Source: Candidatus Methanophagales archaeon
GTDB taxonomy: Archaea; Halobacteriota; Syntropharchaeia; Alkanophagales; Methanospirareceae
DNA: 63,679 nt
Reading direction: 5' to 3'
Assembly: GCA_017883965.1 (NCBI GenBank)
Contig: JAFNKG010000006.1
Span: 1 to 63,679 of the forward strand
Shown: piece by piece, positions 37,622-48,249 of the stretch
How positions within the stretch are numbered: position 1 is the stretch's first letter
Layout of the letters: every line of letters begins with the position of its first letter
The notes under the pieces: model-generated
Told to the model about the DNA's origin: nothing
Database searches by the model: none
The model's input: the letters and a program-made list of their open reading frames with translations, nothing else
Position numbers and translations under genes: made by a program

Positions 37622-38680
37622 ATGTGGACAGAAAAATACCGACCGAAGAGTTTGGATGAACTCGTAGGGCAAGAAGAGGTAGTGAAACGGATAAAAGGTT
37701 TTGCAAAGGAAAAAACGATACCAAATCTATTGCTCTGGGGTCCAAAAGGTACAGGCAAAACATCTCTGGTTTATGCATTAGCGAAGGAGCTCTATGGTGA
37801 GTTCTACGATGAGAATATTATGCTTATAGAAACATCGGATTTCATGGAACAAAGGAAAAAATGGTTGAAAGAGGATAAAAGATTCAAGTTCTTTTACGAT
37901 GAGCAGAAATCCGCAATAGACATTTTTAAGGACATGATAAGGGAATATGCGGCGTTGTCACCTATAAATGCATCTTTTAAAGTGTTATTTTTCAGTAATG
38001 CCGATTTCCTTCCCGAAAATATCCAGCAGGCTTTGCGAAGGGTTATGGAACGGAGCAGCAAAACGAGCAGATTAATTTTCGCGACCACGAAACCCGCTGG
38101 TGTCATACCCGCTATAAGGTCAAGATGCCTGAACCTTCACTTCACGCATTTAGATAAAAGCGATGCGCTGGAGACATTGATAAGGTCAATAGCAGAGGGG
38201 GAGGGGGTAAAACTTACGGAAGGGGGTTTAAAAACGCTTAAGGAATATGCGAGAGGAGATGCAGGCGCTGCCATTAATATGCTGGAAGCAGCAGCAACAA
38301 CTGCTTCTCCGGCGACAAAACCGATTGATGCGAGCAGAATAGAAGAAGTAGTGCGAAATGCGTTTTTTCAAAGAAAGAAAGCAGAGGAATTGATAGATTC
38401 GGCATTCGCATCCCGGCATAAAGAAGTGAGAGCGGGATTAGAATTTTTGGTAAAAGAAGAGCGGATAGGCGGGAAAGAGATTCTGGTGGAGATACACGAG
38501 GCGTTGCGAAGGAAGATGAAAGCAAAGATGGCGATAGAAGAAGCGCAAAAATTCGCCCGGCTTGTTTTATACGAAGGCGAGGCGGATTTTAAATTATGCA
38601 ATTCTTTAAATACTATGATACAGTTAGAAGAGATGATAACACACTTTTTCTTTTTTAACAAAAAAGAAAACCTGTGCTAA
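37622..38680 (+). CDS. Replication factor C small subunit paralog (RFCS2-like)
   Basis: WTEKYRP, GPKGTGKT, QQALRRVME, SRC; degenerate Walker B (FSNAD). Confidence 0.85.
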   Translation: MWTEKYRPKSLDELVGQEEVVKRIKGFAKEKTIPNLLLWGPKGTGKTSLVYALAKELYGEFYDENIMLIETSDFMEQRKKWLKEDKRFKFFYDEQKSAIDIFKDMIREYAALSPINASFKVLFFSNADFLPENIQQALRRVMERSSKTSRLIFATTKPAGVIPAIRSRCLNLHFTHLDKSDALETLIRSIAEGEGVKLTEGGLKTLKEYARGDAGAAINMLEAAATTASPATKPIDASRIEEVVRNAFFQRKKAEELIDSAFASRHKEVRAGLEFLVKEERIGGKEILVEIHEALRRKMKAKMAIEEAQKFARLVLYEGEADFKLCNSLNTMIQLEEMITHFFFFNKKENLC

Positions 38681-38750
38681 AAGAAAAAAATATGGTAACC
38701 TTTTTAAGGATTTAATAATATCTCTTCACCTGAGAGGTGAAAAGAAAAAA

Positions 38751-39143
38751 ATGGCGTCAACGGCAAAATTCTGGAGGGAGCAGGCATCTCGTTATAATTT
38801 AGAAGGTACGCACTGCTTGAATTGCGGCAGTTTCTTCTTCCCACCTCGTGTTCTGTGTCCAAAATGCAGGAGAGGAGGAAACATCGAGCCTTACAAATTC
38901 AAGGGAACTGGTGTGGTTGTTACTTATACGACGGTTTACCAGGCTCCGAGGAATCATAACCGACAAACTCCATATACATCCGCGATTATCGAGCTCGAAG
39001 AGGGTCCTCGTTTGCTTTCTGAGGTGATATGCGAGCCTGAAGAGATAAGCACGGGGATGCGTGTTCGTGCTGTGTTCAGGAAAATAGGGGAAGAGGGCGA
39101 GAAGGGAATAATCTACTACGGGACGAAGTTCGTGCCTGCGTAA
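38751..39143 (+). CDS. DUF35 Zn-ribbon/OB-fold protein
   Basis: CLNCG..FFPPR..CPKC; GIIYYGTKF. Confidence 0.9.
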   Translation: MASTAKFWREQASRYNLEGTHCLNCGSFFFPPRVLCPKCRRGGNIEPYKFKGTGVVVTYTTVYQAPRNHNRQTPYTSAIIELEEGPRLLSEVICEPEEISTGMRVRAVFRKIGEEGEKGIIYYGTKFVPA

Positions 39144-39151
39144 AAGCAAAA

Positions 39152-39251
39152 TACTTGTTTACCGCTGACTGAGCCCGCAGAGAACACAGAGAGTCTGAAA
39201 AAGCATTTATTTCATCTTAGCGCTCTCTGTGATCTCGGCGGTAAACAAATA
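39152..39251. repeat. 100-bp MITE-like element with 14-bp terminal inverted repeats
   Basis: TACTTGTTTACCGC ... GCGGTAAACAAATA. Confidence 0.8.
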
Positions 39252-39509
39252 CGAACGCATAAGTATCAGTCGGCATTATACGCGTTGATGATTGCTGATA
39301 ATTATGGTTTAAAAGTGAATCGCGGGTTTGTGTGTCATACGAGAAGTAATCATTTGGTGAAGGAGGTGAAGCTCAGTGATAAGGATTTTGAACGTGCAAT
39401 CGCTATGGTGAATGCGGTATTGGATATTATTCAAAAAGGTTTTTATCCTGAAGCGACAAAGTATAAGGCAAGGTGCGTAGATTGCACGTACCGGAATATT
39501 TGCGTGTGA
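39252..39509 (+). pseudogene. cas4: Cas4 C-terminal fragment
   Basis: HKYQSALYAL (QxxxY) and C-terminal CVDCTYRNIC; 5' part replaced by the MITE. Confidence 0.8.
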
Positions 39510-39520
39510 GGTGAGAAATA

Positions 39521-39814
39521 ATGGGAACTGAAACCATGCGTATAGAAGTTGAATTGCCAAAAACGTTTTCTTTGACGACAAAGGTTAAAGAAAAGGAAAT
39601 GAACAAATTTATCCGAGAAACATTGGCAGTAGAGCTTTATAGAGAGGGGAAAGTATCATTAGGCAAAGCTGCGGAGATTGCTGGGACAAGAAATAAGTGG
39701 GAAATGTTGATAATACTTGACAAAAGAGGCGTTGCAATAGATTACACATTGGAAGATGCGGAAAAAGACCTTGAAACGTTAAATAAAGTGTTGAAAGAAG
39801 ATGATCGTGAGTAA
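39521..39814 (+). CDS. UPF0175 family antitoxin
   Basis: LAVELYREGKVSLGKAAEIAG. Confidence 0.88.
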   Translation: MGTETMRIEVELPKTFSLTTKVKEKEMNKFIRETLAVELYREGKVSLGKAAEIAGTRNKWEMLIILDKRGVAIDYTLEDAEKDLETLNKVLKEDDRE

Positions 39815-40284
39815 TTCAACGCCACTCATCGCTTTATCAAAAATCGGTAAGTTAGAACTTCTACGCGAGTATTTTGGAGAGTCGCATTCCAAAAGGGGTT
39901 TATGATGAGGTAGTAACGCGAGGGAAGAAGCTGTTTGGCGCAATGGAAGTAAAAAATGCTGAATGGATAAAAGTTGAAGAAGTCAGAAACAAAATCGCTG
40001 TGGATTCGTTGCGCGATTACATAGATCAAGGAGAAGCAGAGGCTATTATATTAGCCAAAGAAAGAGACGCTAAGCTATTACTCATTGATGATTCGGATGG
40101 GCGACAGATAGCGGAGAGACTCACCTTGAAAATCACGGGAACAATTGGTATTTTGTTGCTTGCGGCAACGGACAAGAAGTTAGTGTTTAAGGAGACTCTT
40201 GATGATTTGGTAGCTTGCGGGTTCAGGCTCAGTAAAGAGGAGTATGATAAACTACTGAAGAGAAGTGAGAAGGTTTGTAAATGA
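39801..40284 (+). pseudogene. DUF3368 PIN-domain toxin, frameshifted near 39880
   Basis: MIVSNSTPLIALSKIG from ATG 39801 is out of frame with IPKGVYDEV...GEAEAI...IDD...GTIGIL. Confidence 0.8.
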
Positions 40285-40377
40285 GATATTGGACTCGTTC
40301 AAAATGGTTTTTATCCTGATGCGACTAAGTATAAGGCACGGTGCGTGGATTGCACTTACCGGAATATTTGCGTTTGA
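40277..40377 (+). pseudogene. cas4: Second copy of the cas4 3' end
   Basis: Diverged direct repeat of 39408-39509 (GFYPDATKYKARCVDCTYRNICV*). Confidence 0.8.
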
Positions 40378-40527
40378 AAAGGTGATGGAAGAAGAAATAA
40401 AGAAGCGGATTATTGGAAATGTTGTGAGTGGTTTTATAGCAAAAAGGGAAAATGTGACAAATGTCAGAGGTAAAGAAAAAGGATGAAAACGATGCTCTTC
40501 GATGTGTTCAACGAAAGCAAGTGCCTT

Positions 40528-41051
40528 GTCGCAGAGACTAATCCAATAAAACAAGGATTGAAACTTATTTTTTAGGAGATGATAAAATGGAATCTTTAAA
40601 ATGTAAGTTCGATATTCATAAATGGAAAGAAGATAAAGCGAGTATGGAAGATGTATGTGAGAGATGTAGGATTAGTTATCATAATTATGCAAGAAGAAAT
40701 AGTGGGTCGGTTTGGTTTTGTAGTTTGAGAGTCATACGTTCTTCTTTATCTCGTTTATGGATATGGCTAAGAGGTCCAGATAAGAAATATTCTCCAAAAG
40801 GGACAATGGATCCGTTTTATACTTTAAGTAAATGGACGATTGTTGGAAGAGTTATGTGGAAGCTATTGGTTGTGATTGGTATAGTGTTCGTGGTATTAAG
40901 ATTAATAGAATTAAGCACAGCAATCACACACTGGTAATTATGCCCCAAAAGTGTCTGTGCTTATGAGTAAAAGTCCTTAAATGGATTAGGAGGTGATAAA
41001 AAGAGGGATAATCAGTCGCAGAGGCTAATCCAATAAAACAAGGATTGAAAC
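40528..41051 (+). CRISPR. Two-repeat CRISPR remnant with a 450-bp inter-repeat segment
   Basis: GTCGCAGAG(A/G)CTAATCCAATAAAACAAGGATTGAAAC (37 bp, 1 mismatch) at 40528-40564 and 41015-41051; ATTGAAAC end; follows cas4 and an AT-rich leader-like stretch. Confidence 0.85.
40587..40937 (+). CDS. Hypothetical protein with N-terminal C..H..CxxC motif and C-terminal TM helix, inside the CRISPR inter-repeat segment
   Basis: CKFDIHKW...CERC; LLVVIGIVFVVL; AGGAGATGA RBS. Confidence 0.65.
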   Translation: MESLKCKFDIHKWKEDKASMEDVCERCRISYHNYARRNSGSVWFCSLRVIRSSLSRLWIWLRGPDKKYSPKGTMDPFYTLSKWTIVGRVMWKLLVVIGIVFVVLRLIELSTAITHW

Positions 41052-41135
41052 CTCAAACCTTTTAAAAAAGGTTTGAGCCAAAAAACAATTTCTTTATGAA
41101 AGCGCTTTCTTTCCACGAAAAGATTTTATTAATCG

Positions 41136-41702
41136 CTAATCAACAAACCTTTCTGAAGTTTTACGGTAGAACCGCCATGAGAGGAAATACGCTATTGCTA
41201 CCGCACCAACTCCGCCTACGAACCAGAACGGACCAAAAAATGCAGAAAAGTTATTTGAGAAATGAAGAACCACAGCGGTCAGATAGAACCGCGCAGGTCG
41301 CTTCGTTGCAATACCGTAGGCAGCAATCGAAGTGCTTGCGGCGTGGAAGAAGATCATAGGCAATCTGATAGGTACCGGCGCTTCTAATACAAGTATATAT
41401 ACAAAAAATTCAGAGATGCCAAATCCCAACCCGACCAGAAAACCGAGCGTAAAAATTGATTTCTCTGTTTCTCCATGACGATAGAAGAGCGGATACACTT
41501 TTGCAAATTCCTCGATGAAAGGCGTGAATATCGCAGTCGTGCATAACGTAGCATAGAATATCGGCATCACTGCACATAGCTGGTCTGTGAATGTCCCAAT
41601 AAAGAGAGTAAGAGGAACGCTTATTATAAATCCAGAAATACAAAAGAAAAGATTCTCTTTTAAGTCAGGTCTATGAGGCGTTATTACCTTTTGCATTTTC
41701 AT
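41136..41702 (-). CDS. PrsW-family intramembrane protease
   Basis: PFIEEFAK, GLGFGISE, FHA, LHFSNN. Confidence 0.85.
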   Translation of the reverse strand: MKMQKVITPHRPDLKENLFFCISGFIISVPLTLFIGTFTDQLCAVMPIFYATLCTTAIFTPFIEEFAKVYPLFYRHGETEKSIFTLGFLVGLGFGISEFFVYILVLEAPVPIRLPMIFFHAASTSIAAYGIATKRPARFYLTAVVLHFSNNFSAFFGPFWFVGGVGAVAIAYFLSWRFYRKTSERFVD

Positions 41703-41731
41703 CGCCTGTTAAAATAGCCATCTCTCTATCT

Positions 41732-43645
41732 CTACGCCTCCTTCATCATCTGCTTGAATTCTTCGTAAACTGCCTTTACTTCCTCTATCGAAGCTTCGTC
41801 TTCCAGAGTTGTAAGGTCGCCAACAGGCTTGTCCATTATGATGGTCTTTAAAACACGTCTCATTATCTTACCAGACCTTGTCTTTGGCAGTTTTTCAACG
41901 AAGTGAATCTCCTGAGGTGTAGCTATGGCACCTATTTGCTTACGAACTTCTTTGATTATTTCCTTCTTTAGATCATCTGATGGTTCATATCCTTCTTTTA
42001 ATATCGCAAAGATGACAATATTCTCTCCTTTTATAGGGTCTGGCTTGCCAATGACAGCCGCCTCTGCTACAAATGGTGTCTTTACAACAGCACCTTCTAT
42101 CTCCGCTGTGCCCAACCGATGCCCCGCTATTTTTAATACTTCGTCTGCCCTTCCAAGTAACCAAAAGTAACCATCTTCGTCCTTTATCGCATAATCGCCT
42201 GTATAATACATCCCCTTAAATTTTGACCAATAAACCATTTTGTACCTTTCAGGGTCTTTGTAAAGTCCCATCAACATACCGGGCCAGGGTTTTCTTATTA
42301 CTAAATAGCCTTTTATACCAGTGCCTACCGGATTGCCTTCTTCATCTACTACTTCGGCATCTATACCAGGTAAGGGCAGGGTTGCTGAGCCAGGCTTAAG
42401 CGGTACGAGCTCTAAGCCCGGTACTGGCGAAATCATTATTCCTCCTGTTTCTGTCTGCCACCAGGTATCAACTATCGGGCATCTTTCAGCTCCTATATGC
42501 TCGCAATACCATTCCCATACTTCTGGATTGATAACTTCACCGACAGAGCCCAGAATCTTTAAACTACTTAAGTCATACCTCTTTATACGCTCTTCTCCAT
42601 AACGCATAAACATCCTGATTGCAGTTGGAGAGGTATAAAAGATTGTGACGCCATACTTTTCTATAATTTCCCACCACCTATCTGGACTTGGATAATCAGG
42701 TGCTCCTTCATACATAAGAACCGTTGCACCATGAAGTAAAGGCGCATAAACTATTGACGAGTGCCCTGTTACCCAACCTACGTCTGCCGTGCACCAATAT
42801 ACCGATTCGTCTGATATGTTAAACACCCATTTGTAAGTGGCATAATTATAGACTAAATATCCTCCTGTTGAGTGGACGACTCCTTTAGGCTTACCTGTGG
42901 TTCCTGATGTGTAGAGGATATACAATGGATGCGTGGACTCCAGAGGCTCAGGTTCAACATAATCTCCAGCATCCTTTATTAATTCATGATAGAGTAAGTC
43001 CCTGCCCGGTTCTATATTTATACTTTCTCTCGTCCTTCTTATCACAACTACTTTATCTATGGTAGGAGTTGTCTTCAGCGCTTCGTCAGCAATCTCTTTA
43101 AGAGGTATGTATTTCCCTCTTCTTATTCCAAAGTCCGCGGTTATCAAAACCTCTGCCGACGTGTCATTAATTCTATCTGCCAGTGCATGGCTACTGAACC
43201 CTGAAAATACGACGGTATGGATGGCACCTATTCGTGCTGTTGCAAGCATTGCAATCGGTAGTTCCGGGATCATCGGCAGGTATAAAACCACCCGGTCTCC
43301 CTTTTTTACTCCAAGATTCTTCAGCATGGATGCAAACCTGTTCACTTCACGGTAAAGTTGAAAATAGCTGAAAGCTTTTGTATTCCCCTTTTCATCTTCC
43401 CAGTATAAAGCCACCTTATTCTTATGCCATGAATGTAAATGTTTATCTATGCACAGGTAAGATGCATTTAGCATACCACCAACGAACCATTTTGCAAATG
43501 GCTCCTCCCATTCGAGTATCTTATCCCAACATTTAAACCAATCCAGTTTTGCCGCTTCTTTCTTCCAAAAACCTTCTATGTTAGAAGCTGCATTCTTTTG
43601 AAGGTCTATATACCCCTTTACAGGATAAAATTTTACTTTTTCCAT
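41732..43645 (-). CDS. acsA: Acetyl-CoA synthetase (AMP-forming)
   Basis: [31 protein letters not shown]. Confidence 0.96.
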   Translation of the reverse strand: MEKVKFYPVKGYIDLQKNAASNIEGFWKKEAAKLDWFKCWDKILEWEEPFAKWFVGGMLNASYLCIDKHLHSWHKNKVALYWEDEKGNTKAFSYFQLYREVNRFASMLKNLGVKKGDRVVLYLPMIPELPIAMLATARIGAIHTVVFSGFSSHALADRINDTSAEVLITADFGIRRGKYIPLKEIADEALKTTPTIDKVVVIRRTRESINIEPGRDLLYHELIKDAGDYVEPEPLESTHPLYILYTSGTTGKPKGVVHSTGGYLVYNYATYKWVFNISDESVYWCTADVGWVTGHSSIVYAPLLHGATVLMYEGAPDYPSPDRWWEIIEKYGVTIFYTSPTAIRMFMRYGEERIKRYDLSSLKILGSVGEVINPEVWEWYCEHIGAERCPIVDTWWQTETGGIMISPVPGLELVPLKPGSATLPLPGIDAEVVDEEGNPVGTGIKGYLVIRKPWPGMLMGLYKDPERYKMVYWSKFKGMYYTGDYAIKDEDGYFWLLGRADEVLKIAGHRLGTAEIEGAVVKTPFVAEAAVIGKPDPIKGENIVIFAILKEGYEPSDDLKKEIIKEVRKQIGAIATPQEIHFVEKLPKTRSGKIMRRVLKTIIMDKPVGDLTTLEDEASIEEVKAVYEEFKQMMKEA

Positions 43646-43799
43646 TGTATAATTGGTATAACTTACTCTTTTTTATAATTTACAGGTTTCATTTCAAAGT
43701 AGAGCAAAATTTGGTGGTTTACAGAACGAAAAAAATAAAGAGGGCTTATTTACATCGCCCTCCTCAAAATTTTTAGGATAAGGTTGGGTATCTCTTCAA

Positions 43800-44285
43800 C
43801 TATTTAACTTTGACTTCTATCTCTTTGGGCTTGACTTCCTCCGCCTTCGGCATATGGATTTCAAGGATACCTTCTTTATATTCGGAATCAATCTTCTCCT
43901 TCTGGACCCCGGCAGGCAGCAAGACCTCACGGTAGAATCTCCCGTATGCTCGTTCGCAACAGTAGTAGTCCTCATCCTTGACCTCCTCTTCTGCTTTCCG
44001 CTCGCCCTCTATGGAAAGGACATCGCCGGTTACCGAGACGTGAACGTCCTCCTTTTTCACCCCTGGAAGGTCGGCTCTCAACAGAATCTCATCCTTTCGG
44101 TCAAACATCTCTACAAGGGGACTCCATCCCCTTGTCTCCACAATAGCACGGCGCCGTGGCACTCCTAACATTCGCTCGAAACGCTCGAACATATTCTCTA
44201 TATCTTCTTCGAACGTTGGAATCACACGGGCAGGCGCCCACCTTTTCAAACCCCAACCAAAAGGTCTCCATCGTTCAATTGCCAT
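43800..44285 (-). CDS. Small heat-shock protein Hsp20
   Basis: ADLPGV, ERAYGRFYR, GILEI..PK, C-terminal IEV. Confidence 0.93.
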   Translation of the reverse strand: MAIERWRPFGWGLKRWAPARVIPTFEEDIENMFERFERMLGVPRRRAIVETRGWSPLVEMFDRKDEILLRADLPGVKKEDVHVSVTGDVLSIEGERKAEEEVKDEDYYCCERAYGRFYREVLLPAGVQKEKIDSEYKEGILEIHMPKAEEVKPKEIEVKVK

Positions 44286-44475
44286 ATTTTCCACCTCCTT
44301 TCCGTATTGTATTTTTACCTCCAACTTTTAGGCAGATAGAAGAAGGCGCATTTCTTATCAGCGCTATTAATATTCTATTTCAACGTCCTATAAAAGGCTT
44401 TAAGTAGAAATAACATGTGTCAGTGGCATATAGAGAAAACAGATGCTTAAATATCCTATGCTCCCATCTTGAATA

Positions 44476-44726
44476 TGCTCAATAAGAAGTGAAAAAACCT
44501 AAATCCTAATCTCAAAACAAACTTTTTTGCTCCGCAAAAACCTTTACTAAAAATTTATTCTTTCTTTGGTAAAGCTTCCTTTTCCGCGTAGCGTTTTGAT
44601 CAAACTTTCTTAAAGTTTGAAAGAAAGGTTTGTTTTGAATTTGTAATTTTGGTCATTAGGATTTGTTTAGGATTTAGGATTTAGTGCTCAGGATTTCGTC
44701 CACAAGATATTGAGCAATTACGTTTA
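44476..44726. repeat. ~250-bp MITE-like element (ends TGCTCAATA/TATTGAGCA), left of che cluster
   Basis: Inverted homolog at 59604-59860; internal AAATCCTAA/TTAGGATTT arrays also at 26480, 47800 and 63450. Confidence 0.75.
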
Positions 44727-44880
44727 CTTTTGGATATAATCCTTTTCAATTCGATAATCGCTTCCAGCTCACGTTTGAGCGCCCTTCTCACGACAAAAAT
44801 TTTTGACGCTTGCTTTATACAGGTGAGCGTATCCACTTTACCTCAATTTCACCTTCAAAGGAAATGCACAATATTTCAAC

Positions 44881-44960
44881 TTTTGTTTCAAATATCTATC
44901 AGTAAAATTGCAAATGATAGACAAAAAATTTCGTCACTACGGAAACTTTTTAAGATAACT
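44881..44960 (+). promoter_or_regulatory. Putative promoter/regulatory block upstream of MCP
   Basis: Conserved copy at 48091-48166 upstream of cheW2; both end in a TTTTTAA TATA-like box. Confidence 0.55.
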
Positions 44961-45018
44961 TTAGAATATTTTTACGTGGGTAAGGCAAAAAAACTATTAG
45001 GAGGTGAATGCGAAAAAA

Positions 45019-47175
45019 ATGAACTTGGGAAACATGAAAGTTGGACCGAAACTGTTTGGGGGCTTTGGCGTCGTGCTAATATTGACGGCAGCGCTGGGAA
45101 TGGTTGCATTTATGCAAATAAACACCATGCAAGAGCAAACCAACATGATGGAAAAAGCGGCAGACATGAAGGTGGAAATGAAAACGGTCAGGCAACAGGA
45201 AAAGAACTACGTAATAAGAATGGACCAGGCGAGCATTGACAAGACCAACGACGCCGTGGCGAAAGTAAAGGCTCTGACAAATGCGCTTGAAGCAATGGTG
45301 CAAACCGTGGAAGGCAGAACGGCAGTGGGGGAAGCCAAGACAGAGATTCCGAAGTATGAGAGTGCTTTTGCTGAGCTTCAGACACTTACAAAACAGAAAG
45401 ATGAACAATTAGCGACCTGTGAAGCCCATGCCCGGGATATAGAGAGTGCGATAAAAGGCAGTTCCGCAGACCAGGCGACCGAAGATAAACTGATGATTAA
45501 TCTGTTAATTATCAGGCGAGCGGAAAAGAACTACGTTGCGAGGGAAGACGACCAATACGTTACTCAGGTAGCAGATGAGGTAAACGCGTTGAAGGCAGAC
45601 GCCGATGCAGCGGCGATTACGGGAGCGGAAAAGAACGCAGTCAAAAGTGCGGCAGATACGTATCTGAAGGACTTCAATGCATACGTGAGCACCACGAAAG
45701 ACTTTGAGGATATCCAGTCAACTGATGGTCCGCTGGTACAGTCAGGACGAGGTATAGATGCTGCGGCAACCAGTCTGCTTGCGAATGCAAAGGCAGAAGC
45801 GGCAAAGGCAGCGTCAAATGCCATTATGTTCGTGGTAGCATTTATTATCGCAGCGATCGCAGTCGGTGTAGGAGTCGCAGTTGTCGTTGCCAGATCAATC
45901 ATTGGACCAGTTACAGATGTGGTAAGGGTAGTGAAGGATTTTGCGACTGGTAAACTCGGCAGCAGAGCGGAAACAAAAGCATCTGGTGAGCTCCTGGAAA
46001 TGCGCGACACCTTGAACCAGTTCGGAGAGGAGCTGCAGGGTATTATCCAAGATGTCGGTAACGTGACAGGGAGCATGGCAGCAGGGGACCTGGGCGTAGA
46101 TTTCACCGCCAAGACACCCGGGGAATTCAATGCGATACGAGACAACCTCAACAAGGCTAACGAGAGTTTATCTGATTTGATCGGTGAGCTACGAAGCGCA
46201 GTGGATAACGTCGCAGGAGTAAGCAAAGAATCTGCTTCTTCTGTACAGCAGGTGAATTCCGGTATGCAGCAGATTTCATCAGCATCGCAGCAGATTTCAA
46301 AGGGTGCGCAGGAAACTTCTGCTACCGTTAACGAAGCGGCGAAGGAGGTTAAGGAGACGAACGCAGTGTTACAGCAGATGCAGTCGAATGCCGAGGAATC
46401 AAATAAGTACGCCGAGGAGAGTGCGGACAGCGCAAAAGAGATGAACGAAGTGTCTATGAAATCGTCAGAAGGGATGAAGGAGATACAGGATGCGATCGCA
46501 GGTGCCGTGGAGGTAATAAAGAACCTGGGCAGTTCGATAGAGCAAATAGGGCAGACTACGGAGATGATAGAAAGCATTGCAGACCAGACGAATCTATTGG
46601 CATTGAATGCCGCGATAGAAGCGGCACGTGCCGGAGAACATGGACGTGGCTTTGCCGTCGTTGCCGAAGAAGTTAGAAAACTGGCTGAGAACTCGAAGAA
46701 GTCAACTGCAGAGATAGATTCAATGATAAAGGCATTGCAAGAGGAGATGGAGAAAGTGATGAATGCCACAGAAGCCATCACGCAGCGTGCCGAGGTAGGT
46801 CGCGAAGACCTCGAAAAAGTGGTAGAGAGCGTAGAGAAAACATCAGGCATGATCGAGGACATCAAGAACAGGATGGGACAAATTACTGATGGTGCAAGAA
46901 AAGGTGCGGAGAGCATGGAAAGAGTATCGAAGGGCGTGGACGAGATTGCGAGCTCGTCAGAAGAGGCTGCATCGTCGGCAGAAGAAAGCTCTTCCGCAGT
47001 AGAAGAGCAAACGGCAGCCGTAGAACAGCTCAGCGGTGGTATTCAGAAACTTTCGGAAATCTCAGAGCAAGCAGCAGAGATGATTGCGAAATTTAAATTG
47101 AAGATGGGCGTAGGCAGGAGACAGGAAGTTGCAAGCGCTGGCGCTGTGGAAGAGAAAGAGAGTGAAGAGGCGTAG
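45019..47175 (+). CDS. Methyl-accepting chemotaxis protein
   Basis: Two TM helices, helical sensor (twin EKNY), [34 protein letters not shown]. Confidence 0.96.
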   Translation: MNLGNMKVGPKLFGGFGVVLILTAALGMVAFMQINTMQEQTNMMEKAADMKVEMKTVRQQEKNYVIRMDQASIDKTNDAVAKVKALTNALEAMVQTVEGRTAVGEAKTEIPKYESAFAELQTLTKQKDEQLATCEAHARDIESAIKGSSADQATEDKLMINLLIIRRAEKNYVAREDDQYVTQVADEVNALKADADAAAITGAEKNAVKSAADTYLKDFNAYVSTTKDFEDIQSTDGPLVQSGRGIDAAATSLLANAKAEAAKAASNAIMFVVAFIIAAIAVGVGVAVVVARSIIGPVTDVVRVVKDFATGKLGSRAETKASGELLEMRDTLNQFGEELQGIIQDVGNVTGSMAAGDLGVDFTAKTPGEFNAIRDNLNKANESLSDLIGELRSAVDNVAGVSKESASSVQQVNSGMQQISSASQQISKGAQETSATVNEAAKEVKETNAVLQQMQSNAEESNKYAEESADSAKEMNEVSMKSSEGMKEIQDAIAGAVEVIKNLGSSIEQIGQTTEMIESIADQTNLLALNAAIEAARAGEHGRGFAVVAEEVRKLAENSKKSTAEIDSMIKALQEEMEKVMNATEAITQRAEVGREDLEKVVESVEKTSGMIEDIKNRMGQITDGARKGAESMERVSKGVDEIASSSEEAASSAEESSSAVEEQTAAVEQLSGGIQKLSEISEQAAEMIAKFKLKMGVGRRQEVASAGAVEEKESEEA

Positions 47176-47262
47176 CGTAATTGCAAGCTCTGCATACGAG
47201 TAAAGAGGCATCATGCCTCTTTACTTTTTTTATTTTAGCAAAAGGAGGTGATAAGAATAAAA

Positions 47263-47787
47263 ATGGAAGAAAGAACAGGAATAGAAATGGGAAAGAATGA
47301 AGTACATGAAACAGGAGGCGGGGTAAACCAGCAACAATTAGTGGTCTTCAAGCTCGGCGGCGAGGACTTCGGCGTTGACATCATGCAGGTGCGAGAGATA
47401 ATAAGAAAAGGAGATATGACAGCAGTTCCAAACGCTCCTGTGTTCGTTAAGGGCGTGATAAATCTCAGAGGACAGATAACAACGATTATAGACCTGAGAA
47501 GAAAGTTAGGGTTGTCAGAGAAGGAATCCAGTGATGACCAGCAAGAACGCGTAATCGTGGTTGAGGTGGACAAAAATACCGTCGGGATGGCTGTTGACGC
47601 CGTGACAGAGGTAACGTATCTCGCAGAAAGCGAAATAGATGAAGTGCCGGACATGATAAAAGAGACTATCGGGACGGAGTATCTCAGGGGAGTAGGGAAA
47701 CTGCCCAATAGACTGCTCATCCTGATAGACTTGAAGCGCGTGCTGCAGCACAGTGAGGATATGGACGCCCTGCGACAATCCGCATAG
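47263..47787 (+). CDS. cheW: Chemotaxis adaptor CheW (copy 1)
   Basis: FGVDIMQVREI, GVINLRGQI. Confidence 0.95.
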   Translation: MEERTGIEMGKNEVHETGGGVNQQQLVVFKLGGEDFGVDIMQVREIIRKGDMTAVPNAPVFVKGVINLRGQITTIIDLRRKLGLSEKESSDDQQERVIVVEVDKNTVGMAVDAVTEVTYLAESEIDEVPDMIKETIGTEYLRGVGKLPNRLLILIDLKRVLQHSEDMDALRQSA

Positions 47788-48249
47788 CAACTGTAATGTA
47801 AAATCCCAAATCCTAAGCACCAAACTAAGCCCTTTCAGGGCTTGCGGGGTGCGGGGTCGTGGGCAGAGCCCAAGCCCACGAAAACAAATCCAAATACCTA
47901 AACTCAAAATCCAAAACAAACTTTTGGTTATTGGGATTTAGGTATTTGTTAAAACTTTTTTCTAAAAAGTTTATTTTGGACATTGGAATTTTGATATTAG
48001 GTATTGTTTGGATTTTGGTATTTGGTGCATGGAATTTTTTACCCTACTTGACTTCAGCTTCGGTGAATAATACATACACGACACTCCATTTTTTGTTTCA
48101 GATATATGTCACTAAAATTGCAAATAGTGGATAAAAAAATTTACCAGTTCAAAGGTTTTTTAAATAATAGAGATAGATACAATGATAAAGAGTGAAGAGG
48201 CATTATGCCTTTTTTTTTCTCTTTTTAGCAAAAGGAGGTGAGAACAAAA

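Noticed and set aside
45564-46916. 450-aa minus-strand ORF (also 51724-52575 and 34403-35095)
   Set aside because: Antisense shadows of MCP, CheA and Fae-Hps with Ser/Phe-rich composition.
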